A stretch of DNA of 64,000 bases. It comes from an uncultured Chloroflexia bacterium. GTDB lineage: Bacteria; Chloroflexota; Chloroflexia; Thermomicrobiales; UBA6265. The notes under the pieces are model-generated. The model was not told where the DNA came from. It did not search any database and saw only the letters and a list, made by a program, of their open reading frames with translations. The position numbers and the translations under genes are program-made. Below, piece after piece: positions 1 through 7,264 of this stretch. The stretch's first letter is position 1, and the number at the start of each line of letters is the position of its first letter. The stretch is from the NCBI GenBank assembly GCA_963724295.1, contig CAVRUC010000010.1:1-64000 (forward strand), in the 5' to 3' direction.

Positions 1-119
1 GCGCTCCGTGAGAAGAACTGGCTCAGTGCCGTCGCCCTCTCTAATACCGTGGGTCTGGGCGCTCGAGACCGCGCCGCATGAACGTGAAGCTGAAGTTGAT
101 GGTCTCCTCAGCCCCTGAG

Positions 120-164
120 AAGTTCATCACCTTTATCAAGTTCATCAAGTTCATCAACTTTATG
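120..164. repeat. Five tandem 9-bp AT-rich units (AAGTTCATC consensus)
   Basis: aagttcatc/acctttatc/aagttcatc/aagttcatc/aactttatg read directly from the sequence. Confidence 0.85.
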
Positions 165-263
165 AGTCTGTTGCACGGCCGGCAGACCTGGCCCTCGGGG
201 CACATCCGATGTCAGCTGCCACCCCGCTTCGTCGCGCCGCTATGGTCTCTACGGGAGGTCGCG

Positions 264-370
264 ATGGCGGATCTGCCACGTGGGACGGTGACCTTCCTCT
301 TAGCTGACATCGAAGGTAGTACCGCACTCTAGGAGCGGGACCGTGCAGAAATTGCACGTGCCGCCGACTG
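264..370 (+). pseudogene. N-terminal remnant of a class III adenylate/guanylate cyclase-domain gene
   Basis: RBS GGGAGG then MADLPRGTVTFLLADIEGSTAL*ERDRAEIARA. This matches the typical 'GTVTFLFTDIEGSTxLWE' start with a TGG->TAG change, and homology does not continue. Confidence 0.75.
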
Positions 371-791
371 GTCACCGGACACGCCGGAATGTCCGGTTGT
401 CTCCCTAGTTTTGGGGATAGAAACGCCGGCGGCGCGCAGCGATAGTGAGCGGCATCGGCGGGCGTACCCCGGGAGCGCACTCGCTTTAGACCAAACTCGC
501 TTCGGTACGCTCACCCGCTCGCACGACGCGTCCCGTGAGGGGTGAAGTGCAGGAAGCGTCGTGGTGCTTGGTCCTCAGCACCGCCACGGGGCTTCCGTAC
601 AGAACCCTCGCGATTCGACGCATCCTTGGTCGCATCAGCAAACAGGGGTGGGGAGCAGGAAAGCCCCATCCCCAAAAGGGGGGTGACGACGAGATGAGCA
701 CGCGCTCGGCGCTTCGTTTACCGTGCCGTTAATCTGCCAAGTTCACATCCCACTCTAGCGAGAATCGGCGGCGACCAAGGGAGGAGCAGAC

Positions 792-2780
792 ATGGCCGCG
801 ACCATCACCGCCAACCCTAACCCTGTCAATTTCGCGCTGGGCACCATCATCGGATTGGAGCGGAACACGACGATCACCTGGGATACCGACAGCCTCGCCC
901 AGGGCGTGGTGTTCGTGTCGCGCGACGGCGGGCAATCCGAGACCCAAATCGCCGGCGGCCCGCAACAGGGCAACAGACGGGGGACGATCGACTGGGGTAT
1001 CAAGCTCGGCGAGACCCTTCTGTTCCGGCTCAAACGGGCCGACAACAACAACCTGCTCGCCAGCGTCATGGTGACGACCACGGAGTCGGCGGGCCTGCCG
1101 TTGGCGGTACCCGAGGCCATACGGGACCGGCAGAACCCTCAAGGCATCTTTGCTCTCAGGGTGATACCCGGTGTCGACGACGTCACCATAACCTACCGCA
1201 CCCGGCGGCCGACCTTCCCGTTCATCTCGATCCGCAACGAGGTCAACGGCATTCTCGATCTGCTCTGGGACCCAGACAACCAGGACTTCCACAGCGCGGT
1301 TTTTGACGGACATGGCATGGGGCTCGCGCAAGAAACCGCCCATACCTACCTGATCGTCGCCACGGAGGAGCCGGGCGTCTCCAATTCGAGCACGAACGTC
1401 AGGGACACCGGGCGCTTCGTCACCGGGTCGCGGACGGCGACGTTCTTCTTCGACAAGATCGTAGTGCGCGAGACCGGTGACCCCAGCGACACCGGGGAAT
1501 TCACGTTCCAATTCGGCGCCGGCGTCGTTGATCTGGTCAGGAACAACGAGAGGTTGGGCAACACCGAGACCTTCGGCGAGTCCAGCATCGACAAGGGGGA
1601 ATCGGTGGACGTGAACCGGGTCGTCACGATCCCGACGGCGCCGCGTCGCCTCTGGGCTCAGGTGGCCGCCTCGGAAGACGATGACTACTACAACCCCTTC
1701 GACCCTGGGATCCACTCGCGCGGGTGGGCGCTCCATTTCGCACAACCGGGGAGCGAGGTCAAGAAAACTGAATACTTCGTGCATGGGTGGCTGACTGACC
1801 ATTTCGACATCAGTCAGATGAGCGGAGAGACGCCGTTCCAGATGTCGACGGGCGACTTCGAGATCGCCTACGACGTCTCGGGCCGCCTCAGGGTGGATAC
1901 AGCCGACGGGGACTGGCTGCGTCCTATCGGACCCCCGCGGCCCGAGGTGTTCACGGAACGGATGACCGCCTTCTCCATCAACCCCGGTCAGCGCGGGATG
2001 GTCGCGGGAGAAGAGGGCCGCGGCCACCGGGTGGTTTTCGGCCCGGACGGCACGGTGTACCACCAGGCGCTCGCAGACGATCCCCGCCATGCCGACGACG
2101 GCCGCTGGACAGAGCTCGGGGGCCGGTTCGCGGGACCGCTCACGGTCGTCGCCGGGGCCGGGCACGTCAGCCTGTTCGGTCTTTCGCCCGACGGCGCCGT
2201 GCTCCACAAGACCCACGCCCCGAGCGACCGCCCGGACGATGACTGGCAGACGCTCGGCGGCTCCTTCGCCGGTCGCGTCACGGCGGTGGCTGGGGCAGAC
2301 GGGGAGATCGAGCTGTTCGCAACCGACGAGGACGGCTCAGTGTCTCACCGCACGCTCACCGACCCGCGCAGGGGCCAGACGGATGAAGAATGGGAGCGCG
2401 TCGGCGAGGGGATTGCAGGCCCGATCGCCGCGCTGTTCTCACCCAGGACCGGACTGAGCCTGTTCGCGCTCGGCCGCGGCGGAGAGGTCCTGCACAAGCG
2501 CCGCGCCCCGCAGGAAGGGTGGGAGTCGACGGGATCTGCGTGGGAGTCGTTTGGTGTCGCCTCCGCGGGCACGCTCAGCGCCGAGTGGGTCGGGAACGAG
2601 GTCCCGCTCCTGTGCGTGGTCGATGAAGACGAGACGGTTCGTGTCCTGGCGTGGCCGGGGTACCCGGAGGAGCGTCCACGCGAGGGCTGGCAGACCATCG
2701 GCACCGTAAACTCGCTGCTGCGGGGTGATCTCCCGTCGGACGGGTCGACGACGCCTCCGGACGCACCCGTGGGCGCCTAG
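792..2780 (+). CDS. Hypothetical protein with C-terminal PLL/fucose-lectin-like beta-propeller repeats
   Basis: RBS GAGGAG; 662 aa; repeats such as WTELGGRFAGPLTVV...VSLFGLSPDGAVLH and WQTLGGSFAGRVTAV...IELFATDEDGSVSH. Confidence 0.7.
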   Translation: MAATITANPNPVNFALGTIIGLERNTTITWDTDSLAQGVVFVSRDGGQSETQIAGGPQQGNRRGTIDWGIKLGETLLFRLKRADNNNLLASVMVTTTESAGLPLAVPEAIRDRQNPQGIFALRVIPGVDDVTITYRTRRPTFPFISIRNEVNGILDLLWDPDNQDFHSAVFDGHGMGLAQETAHTYLIVATEEPGVSNSSTNVRDTGRFVTGSRTATFFFDKIVVRETGDPSDTGEFTFQFGAGVVDLVRNNERLGNTETFGESSIDKGESVDVNRVVTIPTAPRRLWAQVAASEDDDYYNPFDPGIHSRGWALHFAQPGSEVKKTEYFVHGWLTDHFDISQMSGETPFQMSTGDFEIAYDVSGRLRVDTADGDWLRPIGPPRPEVFTERMTAFSINPGQRGMVAGEEGRGHRVVFGPDGTVYHQALADDPRHADDGRWTELGGRFAGPLTVVAGAGHVSLFGLSPDGAVLHKTHAPSDRPDDDWQTLGGSFAGRVTAVAGADGEIELFATDEDGSVSHRTLTDPRRGQTDEEWERVGEGIAGPIAALFSPRTGLSLFALGRGGEVLHKRRAPQEGWESTGSAWESFGVASAGTLSAEWVGNEVPLLCVVDEDETVRVLAWPGYPEERPREGWQTIGTVNSLLRGDLPSDGSTTPPDAPVGA

Positions 2781-2947
2781 GACCGAGCATACCGGAAAAG
2801 CGTGGCCAGCCCCCGACCGCCTCGAGGGAGCGCTCGGGTAGTTTCGGTGCCTCGGAAGTCACTATGCCGAGGGGCGGTCCTGGATTGAGCAGGGACTGGC
2901 GTTGACGGTGCCCACGCCGAGCCGCGTCCTCGCGCGGTCGCCTAACT

Positions 2948-3182
2948 GATCGCGCATTGTCAAGCGGTCTTTGCGCAGCACATTCAGGCGGTGCGGGAGG
3001 CAATCACCCCCGACTGGCTGTTGGTCTTCGAGGTCAAACAGGGATGGGAACCGCTGTGCGCGGTCCTAGACGTGACTGTTCCGGAAGATCAGCCGTTTCC
3101 TCATGTCAATGACACCGCGGCGTTCCAGGACGAGGAACGACAGGAGCGCAGAGCGCGGGCCACCCGCGGACTCAACAGGTGA
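2948..3182 (+). pseudogene. C-terminal remnant of a sulfotransferase-family (Sulfotransfer_4-like) gene
   Basis: AVFAQHIQAVREAITPDWLLVFEVKQGWEPLCAVLDVTVPEDQPFPHVND matches the family C-terminus; no N-terminal P-loop part upstream. Confidence 0.7.
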
Positions 3183-3348
3183 TCCCACGAGGGCGCGCAC
3201 CTCGCCAGTCAATCGTAGGCGCGGGTTTTCCGACTTGCCTTCGTGCGGCTCGTCGCAGGCGGTCCACTCAATGCGATCTCGCGGCGCCCTGTCGACTGTA
3301 TCTTCATGCACAACCAGGAACCTCTATGCTCAGATCAATAGACCACGA

Positions 3349-4893
3349 TCAGGCATGGTCCTGAATCCAGCGGTGGGCCAGTTCGCCCCGCTGCACCTTC
3401 CCCGTCGGAGTCCGCGGCAGCTCCTCCACTAGCCAGATTCGCCGCGGTACCTTGAAAAGTGGCAGCCGGTCCAGCAGCCAGGCATGGATGGCTCTGCGCT
3501 CGATGGTTTCCTCATGCTTGAGCACCACCGCGGCCACCAGATCCTCACCCAGCAGCGCATCGGGCACCGCAAAGATCGCCGCTTCTACGATGGCAGGATG
3601 ACTGCTCAGTGCCGCATCGACCTCATCTGGGATGATCTTTTCCCCGCCGCGGTTGATCGTCTCGCCAAGGCGGCCGGTGAGATGCAGGTAGCCATCCGCA
3701 TCCACAAAGCCCACGTCACCGGTGCGAAACCAACCATCCGGGAGGAAGGCAGCGGCGTTGGCCTCCGCATCATCCAGATACCCGGTGAAGACGCGGGGTC
3801 CCCGCACCGTAATTTCGCCGGTCTCGTGCTCTCCAAGCACTTCCCCGAGCTCATCCACGGTCCGGATCTGACATCGGGCCAATCCGACCGCGCCCGGCAC
3901 ACGGTGGATGACGGGGAAAGGCTCACTGGCGATGAATGACGCCTCAGTCATTCCGTACCAGTTGAGGATGGGCGTCTGGAACGCCGCTTCCAGCAGCTCC
4001 ACGTCATCTCTGGAGAGCGGCCCAGCGCTGGAGAGGATGTGCCGGAGCGACGCCTGTCGCAGCGCTTCCCCTTGCGCAGGGGGGCCCTCCGCAATGGCCC
4101 GCAACACGGCCGGGGTGGTCGAGAGATAGGTCGGCCGCAAGTCGTGCAGCCAGTGCGGCAGCGCCGCTAGATTCAGATCGGGAATGCTGATCAGGCTCGC
4201 TCCCGAATAGATGCTGGTCAGGAAAATACTGAGACCCTGGCTGTATGTGGTCCTGGATAGGCTCAAGCCGCGGTCGGCCCGCGAGAGTTCCCTCGCGTCA
4301 ACATGGATCTGACAAGTCGCAACGAGGTTGCGGTGAAGTCGGGGTACGAGCTTCGGCCGGCCGGTGGTGCCGGAGGAATGCAGAATGACGGCGATATCGT
4401 CAGGGCCCGGTGGAGTCGCCGGGACCGCATCATCCCACGCACGGCCATCGATGCGCAGATCGCCGATGCGGGCAGAGGGTCCCGGAGTGGCGGTAAGCAC
4501 CGGCAGTCCATGATCCAGACTTTCTGGTAGCGATGCAGTGCCGTCGAAAGAGACGACGATGGCGCGCAAGCGCGGGTGGCTCAAGATCCTCGCATGTGCG
4601 GCTTCGGGATTCGGCCACGCGAGCGGCACCGCGATTCCGGCAGTGATGGCCGCCAGTAACAACACGCACAGCTCCGGACCCTCGCGTAGAAGCAGGGCGA
4701 TCCCGTCCTGCCGGGTGAGCCCGCGCGCCCGCAACTCCCCAGCGAAGCGGCTCACCGCCGCGTGGAGCTCCCGATAAGTTGCGGGCTCGCGGCCGGGGGT
4801 CACGAGCGCGACGGCATCCGGGGTCTGTGTTGTCCAGTGGCTCAAGGCCTCTGGCAGGCTCTGGACCGCCGCAGGCAGCAGGGTGGCACTCAC
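3349..4893 (-). CDS. AMP-forming acyl-CoA synthetase / adenylation enzyme (oxalate-CoA-ligase-like clade)
   Basis: SSGTTGRPK, YGMTE, GWFRTGD, INRGGEKI and PRTPTGK motifs. Confidence 0.9.
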   Translation of the reverse strand: MSATLLPAAVQSLPEALSHWTTQTPDAVALVTPGREPATYRELHAAVSRFAGELRARGLTRQDGIALLLREGPELCVLLLAAITAGIAVPLAWPNPEAAHARILSHPRLRAIVVSFDGTASLPESLDHGLPVLTATPGPSARIGDLRIDGRAWDDAVPATPPGPDDIAVILHSSGTTGRPKLVPRLHRNLVATCQIHVDARELSRADRGLSLSRTTYSQGLSIFLTSIYSGASLISIPDLNLAALPHWLHDLRPTYLSTTPAVLRAIAEGPPAQGEALRQASLRHILSSAGPLSRDDVELLEAAFQTPILNWYGMTEASFIASEPFPVIHRVPGAVGLARCQIRTVDELGEVLGEHETGEITVRGPRVFTGYLDDAEANAAAFLPDGWFRTGDVGFVDADGYLHLTGRLGETINRGGEKIIPDEVDAALSSHPAIVEAAIFAVPDALLGEDLVAAVVLKHEETIERRAIHAWLLDRLPLFKVPRRIWLVEELPRTPTGKVQRGELAHRWIQDHA

Positions 4894-5064
4894 GGGTGGT
4901 GCTGTGCTCCCGTGTTGGTTCTGACCAACAAATGTCTGCGCGCGGAGTTCAGCGCTCGGCAGGAGGCACTCGCGTTGCGAAGAATACCGAAGTCGCAGTC
5001 TTGAACGCGATGGACAATATCTCCATGAAGTCGTTTACCTGCTGAGCAGCTGAGCGCGGTGATG

Positions 5065-5380
5065 ATGACTGACGATCGTCTGCCGGCCACGGTCACGTCG
5101 CTTCCGCAAGTGATCGCTTGGCGGGCAAAGTGAACATCGGATGCTCCCGCGTTCCTCGGTCCGGAGATCGATCCAATCAGCTATGCGGAGCTCGCTGTTG
5201 TGATGGCGTCAGTATCGCGGGAACTGCGCTCGATTGGAGTCGGTCCTCAAGACCGAGTCACACGAGATTCCCTGTCGCATCTGGTTTGTCGAGGAGATCC
5301 CGCGTACCGCCGTCGGCAAGGTGCGGCGCGGGGAATTGACCCGCAAATTTGGCAAAGCGGGCGATGCCCCCAACGCATGA
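5065..5380 (+). pseudogene. Internally deleted fourth AMP-ligase paralog
   Basis: MTDDRLPATVTSLPQVIAWRAK*TSDAPAFLGPEIDPISYAELAVVMASVSRELRSIGVGPQDRV joined out of frame at ~5260 to HEIPCRIWFVEEIPRTAVGKVRRGEL...; these match the N- and C-termini of the neighbouring ligases. Confidence 0.8.
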
Positions 5381-5550
5381 TCGACACAATTCTTCCGAGC
5401 TTTGATTCGCCAGGATTGTTGTAGATAGGTACGAGGTGCAGCAGGACCGACGCGACTCGGCCCTGCTCCATAGTCGAAGCGGTGAGACGGTCCTGAAACC
5501 GATAAGCCAATCGGATAAGGCTCATCGGTTCTGAAATTGTGAGGAGGGCG

Positions 5551-7131
5551 ATGAACCCAGGAGATACCACATTTATTCCGCCGGTAGGGACCGCACCCGA
5601 GGCGATCGCCTGGTGGGCGGCCACAACTCCGGACGCTCCGGCGCTCTGTAGCATCCATGATGAGCCGATCTCCTACGCACAGCTTCAGACCCGCGTCGCA
5701 GAGTTCGCGCGGCAGTTGACCGCCCTGGGGATCGCGCGCAACGATCGGGTGATGCTCGCCCTTCCCGAGGGCGTTGCAGCGGCAGTAGCTGGCCTTGCCA
5801 CGATCCACTCAGCGGTTGGTGTGCCAGTCAATCCGGTGCAGTCACGGGCGGAGGCAGAGCACATAGTTGTTAGCGTCGCGCCGCGGGTCGTGATCGTCGC
5901 ACAGGGAACCGAGACCGCATGGCGGGACGTGGCTCTGCGAGCGAACATCCCGGCCATGGCTCTCGATGCCGCCGGGCACCCCCCTCTCGACGTTGATTCC
6001 TCACGGGTTTCTGTCGATCCACTGCGCCTGCCTGCACCGGATGACCTCGCTATGATCCTCCTCACGTCCGGTACGACCGATGCGCCGCGACGCGTGCCGG
6101 CCACCCATGCCAACCTCCTGGCCACCTGCTCGGCCCGGGTAAGAGCGCGAGGTCTGTCCAAAGGTGACCGCGGGCTCAGCACGGCGCCCGCGTACTTCGT
6201 GCTTGGGCTGGCACGGGTCATCGAATCGCTCATCTCTGGTGGCAGCGCCATCGTCGTTACCGCTCTTGAGAGCGTGCGCCAGCCAGAAGCGATCCGAGAC
6301 CTGGCCCCGACCTGGGCTTGGATAAGCCCAGCGCTGCTCGAAACCGTACTGGAAGCGGCAGCCCAGAACCCGACCTTCGGAGAGTGGCCGCTGCGCTTCG
6401 TCCGCTCCGGCGGTGCCCAGGTCACGCCAGGGCTGATAGCACGCGCTCAGGCACTCTGGGGCGTCCCCGTCCTCAACGGCTACGGTACGACCGAGACGTT
6501 GGGCTTCATCGCAGCTGAGGAATCACCGCACACCATCCCCCGCAAGCCGGGGTCCGTTGGCCTCGCCCGGCCCGGATTGGAGGTTGCAATTCGCACGGTG
6601 GATGGAGACCCGCTCGCCCCCGGAACGGTGGGCGAGATCACGGTCCGGGGACCAGGTGTCTTCTCCGGTTATCTGGACGATTCAGAGGCGACCGCGGCCG
6701 TGTTCTTCCCCGGTGGGTGGTACCGCACCGGCGATCTGGGCTACTTCGACGACGAGGGGTATCTCTTCGTCACGGGACGGTTGCGCGAGATGATCAACCG
6801 GGGTGGCGAGAAGATCGCCCCAGCCGAGATCGACGAGGTCTTGCGTGCCCATCCGGCTGTCGCCGACGCGGCGGCGTTCGCCATCCCGGATGCTCGGCTC
6901 GGAGAGGAGATCGCCGCGGCTGTGGTACTGCGTGAGGAGGGTGCGCTGGATGCGCGGGCACTGCGCCGTTGGGCGGCAGGCCGCCTGTCACCGCACAAGA
7001 TCCCCCGCCACCTTTGGGTTGTCGATAAGCTCCCGCGGACGGGGTCCGGCAAAATCCAACGTGGCGAGCTGAGTCGGATATTCAGCTCCGACTCTAGCGA
7101 GCCAGGAGATGGCGCCGTGCCCCACGAATGA
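5551..7131 (+). CDS. AMP-forming acyl-CoA synthetase / adenylation enzyme
   Basis: RBS GAGGAGG; degenerate P-loop TSGTTDAPR, YGTTE, GWYRTGD, INRGGEKI, PRTGSGK. Confidence 0.9.
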   Translation: MNPGDTTFIPPVGTAPEAIAWWAATTPDAPALCSIHDEPISYAQLQTRVAEFARQLTALGIARNDRVMLALPEGVAAAVAGLATIHSAVGVPVNPVQSRAEAEHIVVSVAPRVVIVAQGTETAWRDVALRANIPAMALDAAGHPPLDVDSSRVSVDPLRLPAPDDLAMILLTSGTTDAPRRVPATHANLLATCSARVRARGLSKGDRGLSTAPAYFVLGLARVIESLISGGSAIVVTALESVRQPEAIRDLAPTWAWISPALLETVLEAAAQNPTFGEWPLRFVRSGGAQVTPGLIARAQALWGVPVLNGYGTTETLGFIAAEESPHTIPRKPGSVGLARPGLEVAIRTVDGDPLAPGTVGEITVRGPGVFSGYLDDSEATAAVFFPGGWYRTGDLGYFDDEGYLFVTGRLREMINRGGEKIAPAEIDEVLRAHPAVADAAAFAIPDARLGEEIAAAVVLREEGALDARALRRWAAGRLSPHKIPRHLWVVDKLPRTGSGKIQRGELSRIFSSDSSEPGDGAVPHE

Positions 7132-7264
7132 TGGGAATCGGATCATAGCGGTGAAGGACTGCGGCCGACTCCCATCGGTACCTCGTGCCGCATACTTGGT
7201 GATGGGTAAGGCACCGGTCGTGTGGGGAAGAGGCAAAGCCGACATGGGACGGGGTTCTGGCGCG

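Noticed and set aside
120..164. Possible CRISPR array
   Set aside because: 9-bp units without spacers and no cas genes in the window
729..2216. 495-aa minus-strand ORF, and similar long antisense ORFs (18300-19727, 44197-45810, 46411-48549, 51921-53360, 55571-56971)
   Set aside because: Shadow ORFs opposite well-supported genes; expected in high-GC DNA and lacking recognisable motifs
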